A DNA stretch of 63,458 nt, counting the filler, from Craspedostauros australis (taxonomy: Eukaryota): NCBI GenBank assembly GCA_030167865.1. It is 16 parts of 16 records of this genome, joined end to end, with 100 filler letters (N's around TTAATTAATTAA, not from the genome) between each part and the next. Parts side by side here need not be neighbours in the genome. Positions count along the whole stretch, not along the records: positions 1 to 2,638 come from JALAGF010000875.1; positions 2,739 to 4,092 come from JALAGF010000877.1; positions 4,193 to 5,898 come from JALAGF010000878.1; positions 5,999 to 8,523 come from JALAGF010000879.1; positions 8,624 to 13,411 come from JALAGF010000880.1; 11 more parts are not named here. The stretch is one strand, 5' to 3'. This document shows, in pieces, positions 1-11,474 of the stretch (positions are counted from its first letter, which is position 1; each line of letters opens with the position of its first letter). Under the pieces are notes generated by a model that did no database searches, was not told where the DNA came from, and saw only the letters and a program-made list of their open reading frames with translations. The translations under genes and the position numbers were made by a program.

Positions 1-689
1 CATGTGTTGAGACACCAACGACGTCATCAAAAGTGGGGGGAGCGGTAACCAAATTGCCTGTTTTTAGTGACTCTTCCTTCCTTCGAAACTCGTGTGTTCG
101 TCTCTCGTCTCTGGCGGTGACAGGTACCACGACAGCAGAATGCGATACCATCCTGTGTGTCACTCAGACAGGTTTTATCATCGATACGTTTGTCCCCTCC
201 CTTCTGTTCGTGGATGTCTTCCCGCAATTCTGTGTCGTGACGTCACATCAGGCGTTCGAAAGCGTTCAAAATTGTTAATTTTCTCTTATTTTGGAGGATG
301 CAGGCGGCAGAAGTTTGCCAAAATGCAGATTCTGACAGTGCGAATTGGTCGAAGTTAGCGTATTTTGCGTATTTTTGTTGAATTTGTTGTGTTCAACTTT
401 TGCAAACTCGCTTGTTGGCATACGTACTTCCGTCTGATGACAGACGCTGATGGAGGCACACCAGCTGCCACAGAGATCATCACATCTCCGATACTCTAAA
501 TCTGCCAATAGTACCATCTCAAACACACCACACTCACACAATATTGAAAGGTTATGGCCTTTTCATGCTTCACACAAGTCTTTCATTACTTCCTCTCTTC
601 CTAAGTGCTCTGGGACGTCACATTCTGTTGCATTCACAGTATCTTCCCTCAACCTCTTTGCCCCATACTCTCTGTTCTTGCTTCCTTCT

Positions 690-2333
690 TCCTTTCATCA
701 TGGCTGCCAACAACGATAGTGTGGAGTGCATGCTCTTGTTGATGCCTGCCTCATCTCTGAGCAGCTCAGTTGGATGTGGTTTTCTCTCATGTGGGACGAT
801 AACAAGACCACCACCAACCATGAATTCTACAATTTGCTCAACGGTGATGATTCCTTCTTCCATGCCCAATTGGTGCATTGGGGTGGCAGTCTTGTCCACA
901 GCCATGGCATGTGGAAAGTGTGATTGTGGTTTCACACTTGTGGAGACAACAGCGACAATGACGATTGGGTCACCAACCTCCAGGCCTGCAAGTTCCACGA
1001 TTTTCTATGCCACTCCATCACTGTTCTGCATGTCTACAACATCACTCCATCAATGTGCACTGCACCACCATCAGTTTCCATGTTTGATGCAGTTGACGCC
1101 ACCACTGACAGTGATGCCAGGTTTCCACAGCTCCTGCCAATGATGACGCCCCTGTTGATGAGGCTGCCAACAGTGGCTGTGCCAAACATGCCGATGCCAT
1201 GCCCCCTGCGCTTTCTCCATGAAGACAGTATTTTCTGTCCCTGGTGAGGACACCATTCCTTCCCAAGATCCATTTGAGCTCAGCAACATTGCTGGGTCTG
1301 GCGTTTCCTACACAGTGGCGAACTCCACCCTTGCCCTCTGTCAGCACAATTGCTACACTATTGGTGATGCCCTCGATTTGCTCTGTTTTGGTGCATCGCA
1401 GGTGCGGGATTGACAGCAGATCAAGCTTGCGGATGATACACTCGACTGAGTCTTCTTGTGGTATGCGCAGCTCCATGCTGCTGTGGCATTGGTGGATGTC
1501 CACTGTTGCTCATTGGATTTGTTGTACCCCAGCACAGCAGTGATTCCCAGGAACGTCCATGGCTCTTGTGTCTTCTCCACGAGCTGCAAGCTGATAGACA
1601 AGCTCCAGGGCAAGGGAATCATCACTCATGACCACCCTACTCTCCGGCTCAAGTATGCTAGCAGTATTGATGTCCTACAACACCAGCTCTCTGTGTACAT
1701 GCTCCTCCACAAAGTGCTCACCAACGCTTTCGACACTGTGCAGCAGCATGTGAACTCTAAGCTGGCCTTTGAAGGCTCTGTCTCAAGTTTTGCTATGCAG
1801 CTGCTTGCCTTCCCGCACATCAAGGGACTTGTCTTCCGCCGCTCTGTCTCCAACCTCAACCTGAGTCCTATCTCTCTCGAGGGTCTGCATGAGCATGGGT
1901 ACATGCTGGAGCATCACCACACCATGCTGCGCACTGTGACATCGCCCAAGGCACTGCCTTTTCAATCTGCATGTCGAGCAGCTTGCCCAAGAAATTCTAG
2001 ATCCCCCTGGCAGTGCTGTTTCACTCAAGGCCCACTGCACTCAAACCTGCAGTAGTTGTGGCGGACGAGGTGACCGACAGGACAACAGTTGGCCGCACAG
2101 GCGGCACAATACCTTCTACAAGCCTAATCTGGACGCCCTCTGCGAAGCATGCTGCTGCATGGGATACAAGGCATGTACGTGCAAAGCCTTTGGGCGCACC
2201 ACCCATCTCATGCACTTTATGCAAGAGCATTCTGACGAGGCCAACAAGATTCACAAAAGCTATCACACCCACTTCGGTTGCAACAGGTCAAAGGCAGCTG
2301 CTCATGATAAAACGATAATGAAAACGAGGTGAA
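690..2333 (+). pseudogene. Heavily decayed gag-like retroelement ORF
   Basis: Fragmented ORFs in CpG-poor sequence; 2141-2182 reads CEACCCMGYKACTC, a CX2CX4HX4C zinc knuckle with His replaced by Tyr, preceded by an R/G-rich stretch. Confidence 0.5.
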
Positions 2334-2638
2334 CTTACTGAACGCCGAAGGGTGATCAATCCGTGGTAGTGCAGTAGGTTGGTGAGTTTGANNNNNNNNN
2401 NNNNNNNNNNNNNNNNNNNNNNNNNNNNNNNNNNNNNNNNNNNNNNNNNNNNNNNNNNNNNNNNNNNNNNNNGCATCCATTATAGTTGGATCTGCAACAT
2501 CTCTATTAGTAGTAACATAGTGGAGCGTTGAGTCTCCGTACGTGCAATCATCGCGGTGTCGATGTTGCCATTTCCGAGAGGAGACATCAATTTCGTGACG
2601 GTCGGAGAGAGAGTTTGTTGTTCACTCTCTTCCGATCA

Positions 2639-2738
2639 NNNNNNNNNNNNNNNNNNNNNNNNNNNNNNNNNNNNNNNNNNNNTTAATTAATTAANNNNNN
2701 NNNNNNNNNNNNNNNNNNNNNNNNNNNNNNNNNNNNNN
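2639..2738. other. Artificial contig linker (44 N + TTAATTAATTAA + 44 N); 15 copies, with 12-mers at 2683, 4137, 5943, 8568, 13456, 19496, 21949, 23201, 29610, 37629, 48140, 50236, 52736, 55085, 57042
   Basis: Identical 100-nt structure each time; the 12-mer places stop codons in all six frames. Confidence 0.98.
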
Positions 2739-2907
2739 GCACATTGGCGCATCCATGCATCCATGTAGCCACACATCAACACAACAGCACATTTGCACAT
2801 TGGCAAATCAACACATCCGCATGTTGGAGCATCCATATGTTTACACATCAACGCATCAACACATTGAACCAACAACTCAACAGCACAACATTGCAGAAAC
2901 TCCACAA

Positions 2908-4028
2908 TGGTGGGCTCCGATCCCCATCTTTACAAGAATGGGCCTGATGCCACTGACCTCATCAAGGCATTCTTGGCTGATCCCACAAAATGGCACTGGG
3001 AGGCAACACCTTTGCGTCTGTAGCATTCGTTCTTACTCAAGTATGATGCAAAGAAGTTCGTTCGGCCTCTCCGGGAGTTCAAACGGACATTGGTGAAGAA
3101 GGGTTTGTTTCACTGTAAGTATTGCATGCCCAGCAACATCATCAAGACGCCATGAACTCGTCCATTTGTATTCAGGCGCCTTCTTATCTATTTTTTCTCT
3201 CTTTCCTATGACTCCAACCTTTGGCATTCATCTCTTCATCATCCATTGCAGAGGACGGCAAGCGGAACAAGATTTCAAGACATAGGTTTGGTGCCAACCT
3301 CCGTCTTGTGGATGAACCAGCAGCCAATGATGCTGAGTTGGCACGCACCAATCACAATGCCAACACTTCCACCAGTCATAACACCACCAACAGCCACGCC
3401 AACAACACCAGGAGCGAAACCAGCAGGAATAACACACGCAGAAACAGCACTAACAGACGAAGCACACGTGGCCACACGTATGAAGCATCACATGAAGGTG
3501 ACACTGCCCACCCTAATGGAATCAACAGCACAAATGAGAGCAGCAGCAGCAGCACATCCAATGGGTCATCTGAATCATCAGATGACGTGGAGGGCACAGA
3601 TTCTGACAATGACATGGGATACCTTGGCACTACCAACCAACCAGGCCAATGTGGATCTACGATCACCCCCTATGACCCCATCACTGCAAGATTCGGCCAC
3701 TTTTTACATATCAGAGTCCCAATAAGTTGCAAGGTTTCGGAAGCTGAGCCGCACCATTGAGGTCTTCCACACAACTCAGGTGTGGAGACCTCGTGGTGAA
3801 AGGTATCGCATGGTTGGGGTTGACTTCCACATGCCTGCATGCACCACCAGGAATGATGTGACAGTGACCATCCAAAGTTGGAAGGTGGACAGAGTACCTC
3901 GGATGTTCCTGGTGTTGCTATACAAGCCACCAACAGCTATTGGAGATAATGGAAGCATCGTGGACATCCTGATTGACAAGTTGGGTCATCCTTTCTCTGA
4001 TGCAGGGCATGTCGAGATGTACATGTGA
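2908..4028 (+). pseudogene. Disrupted ORF of unknown function, probably transposon-associated
   Basis: MVGSDPHLYKNG... interrupted by stops, a possible GTAAGT donor near 3115, a low-complexity N/S/T middle and a C-terminal block at 3780-4028; CpG-poor. Confidence 0.3.
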
Positions 4029-4192
4029 GTATACGTCAAGATGTACGTGTATATGTGCATCGTTCACCCGCTATTCTCTCATACGCACTTGGNNNNNNNN
4101 NNNNNNNNNNNNNNNNNNNNNNNNNNNNNNNNNNNNTTAATTAATTAANNNNNNNNNNNNNNNNNNNNNNNNNNNNNNNNNNNNNNNNNNNN

Positions 4193-5364
4193 GCAAATCA
4201 GCTGCTGCGTGATGTGGCGTTGGGAATGCATGTTGAGGATGTGCGTTGCAAAGCCGCCTGAATTCCAGAGATGTATAGAACCATCCATGAAGGCGTACGT
4301 CCCTGTGACCGTCTTGCGCCTGTTGGGATCGCGCGCAAGAGGCAAGCTCTGGCGGACCCAGCCGCAAATGATGGGCCAGGTCCGTTCTTGAGNNNNNNNN
4401 NNNNNNNNNNNNNNNNNNNNNNNNNNNNNNNNNNNNNNNNNNNNNNNNNNNNNNNNNNNNNNNNNNNNNNNNNNNNNNNNNNNNNNNNNNNNNNNNNNNN
4501 NNNNNNNNNNNNNNNNNNNNNNNNNNNNNAGCAAGTCCTGGAGGTGATCAAAGAACATGGGCTTGTGATAGATCCCCCTGTGTTCGAAATCGTGTTCTCC
4601 AGGAATACAATTCATCGCTCACAATCAAGGACATACCATCCTGCCTCAATGAACCCAGAAGGTTCTTGACGTTCCGGATGCAATCCGGAACAGCATGCGT
4701 GGGCAAAGACGCCGCTGAATCGAATTCAGTGGACGAAATCGTCAAATTGTTGGCGTTCCTGGCATCGACGGAATGTCGTTTCCGTTGGAGATAGTCTGCG
4801 TACTCCTTGTGCATGCAGGTGACGTTCCATAACTCACCAATGGAGTTGAGTTCGATCCCACCATAGCTTCCATCAAAAGATTCCCGCCCCCAGTAGACGT
4901 ACTTGTCCTGTTCGAACAACCCCTTTCTGCTTGAGCTCTTGCATGTTGGCTTGCATGGTGGATGTGGCTGTCTTCGACGGTCCAACGTGGAGGACGAGTT
5001 GCGGCATCTTCTGTTGAATGTGATGAGCATGAGGGGATTGCAGTGTTCCATCCACTCGTAGTCTGGTATTCGCTGGTGTTGCCGTTGGCACCTGAGTCAG
5101 TGGCTGCACCAATGACTCGGCGGATGCGGTGGTCGCCATGTCGTTCCAACCATCCGTGTGTGCATCCCGACGAGGAGGAACCAAATCGATGGGAGTGACA
5201 TAGTCAGCACCCTCCAGTGGAATTGAAGAGTCCAGAAACCAGGGATGATTCGATACATTGTACAGACCCTTGGCTTGCAGAAGTATGAAGCACACCAAAA
5301 TGCCGGCCATCATCTTTCGCGCTAACGATCCATCGTGTTTGTGCAGTGGGCTGCCATCTGCCAT
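4193..5364 (-). pseudogene. Type II membrane P-loop sulfotransferase-like protein, frameshifted and gapped
   Basis: N-terminal hydrophobic anchor (MMAGILVCFILLQA), motif LVLHVGPSKTATSTMQ and downstream ISSTEFD. The reading frame shifts near 4920 (ORF 4873-5397 to ORF 4548-5051); this could be a sequencing error. Confidence 0.6.
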
Positions 5365-5517
5365 TGCGTTGTTGAGCCAATGCAGTGCGCACACCACTGC
5401 GATCAGGATGAAGTACGTATGGTGTGGTGTGGTATGGTGCGATGCCGCTTCCTCTTGCGCGTGCCTTTGATTGGCACCAGCCTCGGCACTGACTGGTATT
5501 GTGCTATGACTGCAGTG

Positions 5518-5592
5518 GTGGCAATGATGGCAATGATGACAATGATGACAATGATGACAATGATGACAATGATGAAAATGATGAAAATGACG
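5518..5592. repeat. 9-bp tandem repeat (ATGATGACA and variants), about 8 copies
   Basis: Directly visible. Confidence 0.9.
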
Positions 5593-5998
5593 ACAGTGGC
5601 CAGATTCGCAGCAACCGTTGGGTGAACGTTGATTGAGTGCATCGCGTGACTCAATGTCGAAGAGAACAACCGATTCGTGAATGAACGTCCACCAACAACT
5701 TCATTCCGAGAACAAGAATGACACCAAGCGTGAGGAAAAGCGTGGTGTGAGATGAGCACCCGTATGACGATCATGGATGTCCCATTGCATCACCAGCCAC
5801 GGAACTGACGACGTTGCAACAAACACAATGATGATGATGTGCATACGAGTAGAAGTGTTACCAACAGAAGTGTTACCAGCAGAAGTATCGACCTCCGANN
5901 NNNNNNNNNNNNNNNNNNNNNNNNNNNNNNNNNNNNNNNNNNTTAATTAATTAANNNNNNNNNNNNNNNNNNNNNNNNNNNNNNNNNNNNNNNNNNNN

Positions 5999-6052
<54 letters not shown>
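5999..6052. repeat. (CA)n microsatellite at contig start
   Basis: Directly visible. Confidence 0.97.
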
Positions 6053-6055
<3 letters not shown>

Positions 6056-6562
6056 CACACGGTACAACCAGCCACAACACACAACAACACGTGAAACCAC
6101 GATGCAACAGTCAACATCAAATGAACTAATGTCAACACCATTCCAACTACTGGAGGATGGCACAAGTCCCATGAAATGGCTGACTTGTGGGGGAGGAGGG
6201 GGAAGTCAACACCATCAACTGTGATACTCACACATCCACATGCTCACACACACACACACTGCCACACGGTACAACCAGCCACAACACACAACAACAGGTG
6301 AGACCGTGATGCAACAGTCAACACACAATGAACTATCTGTCAACATCAAATGAACTATTGGTAACACATTCCAACTACTGGAGGATGGCACAAGTCCCAT
6401 GAAATGGCTGACTTGTGGGGGAGGAGGGGGAAGTCAACACCATTTCAACGACAGGAGGATGGCACAAGTCCCATGAAATGGCTGACTTGTGGGGGAGGAG
6501 GGGGAACAACACCATCAACTGTGATACTCACACATCCACGTGCTCACACACACACACACACG
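6040..6562. repeat. Compound tandem duplication (about 200-bp units with a core present three times)
   Basis: GGAGGATGGCACAAGTCCCATGAAATGGCTGACTTGTGGGG occurs at about 6152, 6381 and 6454; CTGCCACACGGTACAACCAGCCACAACAC occurs twice. Confidence 0.9.
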
Positions 6563-6589
6563 TTTTGAAAACAGAGGGGTGTATCACGG

Positions 6590-7598
6590 TTGATGACACA
6601 ACACAAAACCAAGACACATCCAGAAACCTCGAAGGGGGCACAAGCATTGGCAACAACAATGGCAAACCAGAAGACGAGCCAACCGAGTGCAAGGAAGATC
6701 ACCCCATGCCTGTCGGCCGGGCGCCTCGGCGTGAACACCAAGAGTGCTCTTCAAACAACAACCATCCAGGGCAATGGTAGAACTTCCTTGACAGCTCATG
6801 CAACAATGCCAACCCTTCCAATGCAGCAGCAAGCTATGAATACTTGTACCCAGAACCTATCAATGCGCACAACCAAGTCAGCATGCCAATCATCAAAACT
6901 TGTTGGAACCAGAAACAGGATGGCTTCTTCAAAGCTAGCTGAACTGCCATGAAGAACCAAACAAACAGCAGCTTCACCAAACAAGCTCCCAACGCCAAAG
7001 CAACCAACAGGTACTTCAAAACCGGCATTCATCGAACCTGCTGTTGAATGGCGCCACAGCAAGGCAAAGGAATTGCTTCGTGAAGCCGTCGTCAGAGGAG
7101 ATATCTCAAAAGTAGGCCAAAAGCGAGGCCATCAGCAAAAGGAAAACAATCCCCCTCCACCACTGGAAATTTATCCTATGATACCAGAGCTTTCACAGTA
7201 TGATCCAGCAAAATTTGCAGGTCGTCTGAATACCCTCAGACGACAGATTGCTGCAAATGATGAACGGAAAGAGATTGACCAGCATGCTTTCAAGAACTAC
7301 ACAAACAATCACATAAAACCAGCAATAAACCATCTGGGAGAACCACAATGGGAGGGATCAGACATCCAAGCATCTCTGAAAATTTTCAATGAAGAACAAC
7401 GAAGACACTGGCATGACGATTTGGCAATTCTATGACTCCAAGGAGGTGTTCCAAACAGTACCAATGGCCAAATTCAGAAATCATGTGGCACAAGAGCAGC
7501 GCCTCCGCAAACATAAGAACTATTTGAGTAGCAGAGAGAAGTCAAAGAATTACAAGACCAAGGCACTGCGAAGAAAGGGTGCATCTAAAACGAAATAG
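6590..7598 (+). pseudogene. Diatom repetitive-family protein with an internally duplicated W-x-x-S motif domain (probable DNA transposon accessory ORF), disrupted
   Basis: ORFs 6590-6952 and 7073-7435 share a frame and are separated by TGA at 6950; frameshift near 7400-7430; motifs WRHSKAKELL...YDPAKFAGRLNTLR and WEGSDIQASL...KFRNHVAQEQRLRK. Confidence 0.55.
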
Positions 7599-8196
7599 AG
7601 TAGAGGACTGCAACGCGGATTCCTGATGTTGTGCAACGAGCTCTCCAATGATTCCTGTTAGTTGTGGAGAGAAGGTCAGTGGAGCCCGATATTTATCATT
7701 CTCTCCCTTTCAGCCAAGACAGTACAAGTGTCATTGTAGCTAGTACAACTTATCTCTAGACAACAAACTTGATAGACCAAAAAGAGGCTAATTGAGTCTC
7801 TTATTGTTCCACAACTTGGTTCGTCAACCAAGGAACGTTGCGGAATCATGTCCACATAAGCATCAGTGTTGTGATTCGTCATTCCGCGACGTCGACTTTT
7901 TGTGCTGTCCGCAGGACATCGTTATCCAAGATTGTTCTGCAGAATGTGTCGCGCTGTTCTGAGGCGTCTTGAAATGAAAAGGTGCCTTAAATAGGGCACC
8001 TTTTGTTTCACAACAGCCGAGAGACAATTCAATCACGGATTGACAAACAAAAACTGTATCCCTTTACGACCTATCGCCCAATAATTGGGAGATAAACAAT
8101 TCGAAATCAGTTATTCAAACTTTTGACCCCAACGCCTACGAGTGGGAACCTCTTTTCTTTACATATTATTAGTCTTCTCGAGCTCTTCTTTCCAAC

Positions 8197-8523
8197 TATT
8201 AGCGCACGCTAAATCTCTAACAATAGCGACACCCGTCGACCAATCAGAAATCTTCACTTTTCTTACCTTTTCCGTTCCGAACGGAAATTTTGGTCGANNN
8301 NNNGTTGTGTCAGATTTGTGTCGCATTTCGCGTCGCAAGAATCGTTTTCCCTCAATCACAGATCCAAAAATGTCGTGGAAATTGATTTCTTGCCAAGATG
8401 AACCAATCTGCCCAATCAGGACAGACTTGGATCTTGGGTGTGACACGTGCGAATCTTGTCCTGACCTTCTCAAGTGAATACGATCAATCGTGTGATCGTA
8501 CTACTAGCAACATCGTGAGAAGA
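8197..8523. repeat. Dispersed 327-bp repeat, probable transposon terminus (copy 1)
   Basis: Near-identical reverse complement of 57148-57474; sharp shared boundary at TA-TTAGCGCACGCTAA. Confidence 0.85.
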
Positions 8524-9081
8524 NNNNNNNNNNNNNNNNNNNNNNNNNNNNNNNNNNNNNNNNNNNNTTAATTAATTAANNNNNNNNNNNNNNNNNNNNN
8601 NNNNNNNNNNNNNNNNNNNNNNNCCTACGGCGCATAGTTAAAGACTATAATCTATGTGGTAAACAACAACTACGACTTCTCCAAAACATGTCTCGACATG
8701 TGTGAAATTGGTTGCCTGAGGACAAGGCCTGCGCAGAGGCAAGGATCAGCTTCGTGCATGCTGCAACATGGCTAACTCGAACCGTTCACATCAACGTTAG
8801 TCTAGGAAAGAAACAAGGCAATTCAAGAACAATGAAGATGCGAACCGAAGAAACATGTACGCTTNNNNNNNNNNNNNNNNNNNNNNNNNNNNNNNNNNNN
8901 NNNNNNNNNNNNNNNNNNNNNNNNNNNNNNNNNNNNNNNNNNNNNNNNNNNNNNNNNNNNNNNNNNNNNNNNCATGTAATTTGAAGAAGCGAAATTCTCA
9001 TCCACCCCCCAAAATAAATGTCTCTATCAGGTTATTTTGGACCCTGGGACTCATCAAATTACATGCGATATCTCCCTAATA

Positions 9082-9378
9082 ACGTCGCTGAAATGCCAAA
9101 CTCCGTCCGCAACCCGTCAAAAAAGTTCTTTCCCGAACGTGTCTGTGCACATTGCTTTGTTTGCATCGGAAAAACTAATGAATGACTTGTGATCATCACG
9201 GAGCAGCGTGCATATTCGACCAAGAGGACCGTAAATCTACAAAGATCCATAAAAATTAAAATACGACATTAAAGCAAAATCGACGTCCATGGTGCACCTT
9301 ATATTGTTATCTAGTTTGTGAATATGTGAGTGTTTTTGTCGAAAGCCCCGTATGTTGCCGGCACCACAGGTCCCGTCA
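9082..9378. repeat. About 300-bp terminal repeat of the Sola3-like DNA transposon family (copy A)
   Basis: Alignable by eye with the reverse complement of 45341-45649, which lies just upstream of the transposase. Confidence 0.75.
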
Positions 9379-9401
9379 TCCAACCAGGTCATATGGTCGA
9401 T

Positions 9402-11474
9402 TTACCTCCCTCCACTTGCGATTTCTTTGGCAAGCTCGAGTACTTCAGGTGGAAAAAGCACGCTGCGTGGTGAAACATTGCGACAATTCGGCTCACCGGC
9501 ATTGCAGCCCCCTTCGGTCGCAAATAGCATAGCATCGGTTGGTGAGGTCGTACAAGAACCTGGAGACGTGCAGCATCTGCCGTTGCATGCTTCTCTCACA
9601 TCACTTGCGCTACCTGAGAATAAGATCCTGCCGTTGGCCACTGTTGCCAACACCAAAGCACCAACAAGTGGGTTACCTGAGATACCGGTGAAGAGTGACT
9701 GAGCAGTTGCGAGATCAAGAGTCCCAGGAGAGGGGCCACCATTGCACCCGAAGATGCACCTGGCCATGAGGCTTGCTTTTTCATCCAAGGCCTCAATCGC
9801 AGCAACCAAGTTTGCGCACGAACCTTCAAAAGTCGGACATGTGACCATTCCAGGGACTTCATGGAATGTTGAATCAGGATCTCCAGGAGTTGCAAGACAG
9901 CCGACCTTCAGTGCAGGTAAGCTTGTTGGCATTGATGATGGAAAACTGGACGGTGTCTGGGGAGTTGGAGCGCTGGTCGGTGCCGATGTCGGCGAAGCAG
10001 TTGGAGCTGATGTCGGAGCTGACGTGAGAGGTGTTGGGAAAGGGGTGGGGGAAAAGGTCGGACAGTCTGTGGGCAAGGTGTCCTTGCCAATGCAGTACTC
10101 ATCCACTCTGTCACCAGTGGGATTCATGTTGCTGTCGCTGCCTCCCTTTGGACAGGCCCCATCAACATCGCTGATGATGTAGACTTCGTCGGAGTCGCAC
10201 TCCGTCTTCGTCATGCATCCTTTGCAGCCTTCGGCATCGCCACATCCACCAGGAGGGACGACGAGGTCGGTCCTCATCCTGTCATGGAAGCCCATCTTTT
10301 CGCATGACCCATCGGCGGCACAACCACCAGCACCAATGGTCAGGCTGCCTGCACGCTTGCCGGCAGTACCATAGTTGACAGTGGAATGGGCATCCTTGCA
10401 GGCATTGCTGCCGACGCACGCATTCGCCCCGATGTCGATGTGGCTGCGGAACCGAAATGATGGTGCTTTCTGCACGACGCGGCGGCCGGCTGCATTGCAT
10501 GCGTCTGGCCCAACGCATGCACCGGTCTGGATGGTGACATCACCATGAGAACGACGTCCCACTCCCTCACAAGATTGAGGGGTGGTGCATGCCATCTCAC
10601 CGACGAAGGTGACTCCCGTGATGGATGGGTTGATTTCATTTTCGTTCACCAACTCGCATGCACTCGCGCCAGTGCAGGAGGAATCGAGAATGAGCGGGTT
10701 GGGTCCCATATCCTTGCAGGCGCTGTCGCCGGTGCAGGCAGTGATAGCGACGGTCATGAATGGAGGAGAGTTGGAGGCGGAACCGGTGACTGAAGTGCAT
10801 CCCGAGGATCCTTGGCAGCATGGATCTGCGACGGCAGGCGATTGCATCGCAGCGATGTCCGTGCATGCTGCGCTCATTTCATCTGGTCGTTCAGTGATGA
10901 GAATCAGGTTGGTGGCAGCGACCAGGGCCAATTGGCCAGAAAGGATATCGCTGGATGCGTAATTGTTGAAGAGCTTGCGTGCAGCTCCTTCGCCGAGGTC
11001 TCCTGCGCATCCGAAGAAGTTCTGCAGCTGCTCGGATTCCTTGACGGCGGTAATGGCTTCGCGGCAGGATGGCTTGGCAGAGTTACAGATGATGGTCTTG
11101 GTGCTTCTCTCTTCCATTGTGAGATCGGTAGCGCCATCCGGCTTGCAGGCAACGGAGATGGTGGAATCGAAGACGGTTGGAGCAGCTGATGGTTTGGCAG
11201 TTGGTAGGAGAGTGGGCTGGGAGGTCGGCGACGCGGTTGGCGGGGTCGTTTCTGGATCAGCCGGGTTTTCAGTGGGTGGCACTTGGTTGTTCTTGTTGCC
11301 CTTGTTGGTGTTCGTGTCACCGTCGGCGTCCTTGAGGATGCGAGTCTTCATCATCATCATGTGGAGTTCCTCGGTTGGATCCACGGGAGTCCTGTTGCCG
11401 CGGAGCACGGCGTGGACCGTTGCCGTGTCGGCGAGAGCGATAAAAGCCACGAAGGCTACCTTGGTGTAGATCAT
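9402..11474 (-). CDS. Secreted Pro/Thr/Ser-rich, Cys-repeat protein (cell-surface or adhesive glycoprotein candidate), 690 aa
   Basis: Signal peptide MIYTKVAFVAFIALADTATVHA; RIL (RxL) motif; two PT-rich linkers with PTSA repeats; repeated (S/A)CxGxxAC units; two-module architecture. Confidence 0.85.
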   Translation of the reverse strand: MIYTKVAFVAFIALADTATVHAVLRGNRTPVDPTEELHMMMMKTRILKDADGDTNTNKGNKNNQVPPTENPADPETTPPTASPTSQPTLLPTAKPSAAPTVFDSTISVACKPDGATDLTMEERSTKTIICNSAKPSCREAITAVKESEQLQNFFGCAGDLGEGAARKLFNNYASSDILSGQLALVAATNLILITERPDEMSAACTDIAAMQSPAVADPCCQGSSGCTSVTGSASNSPPFMTVAITACTGDSACKDMGPNPLILDSSCTGASACELVNENEINPSITGVTFVGEMACTTPQSCEGVGRRSHGDVTIQTGACVGPDACNAAGRRVVQKAPSFRFRSHIDIGANACVGSNACKDAHSTVNYGTAGKRAGSLTIGAGGCAADGSCEKMGFHDRMRTDLVVPPGGCGDAEGCKGCMTKTECDSDEVYIISDVDGACPKGGSDSNMNPTGDRVDEYCIGKDTLPTDCPTFSPTPFPTPLTSAPTSAPTASPTSAPTSAPTPQTPSSFPSSMPTSLPALKVGCLATPGDPDSTFHEVPGMVTCPTFEGSCANLVAAIEALDEKASLMARCIFGCNGGPSPGTLDLATAQSLFTGISGNPLVGALVLATVANGRILFSGSASDVREACNGRCCTSPGSCTTSPTDAMLFATEGGCNAGEPNCRNVSPRSVLFPPEVLELAKEIASGGR

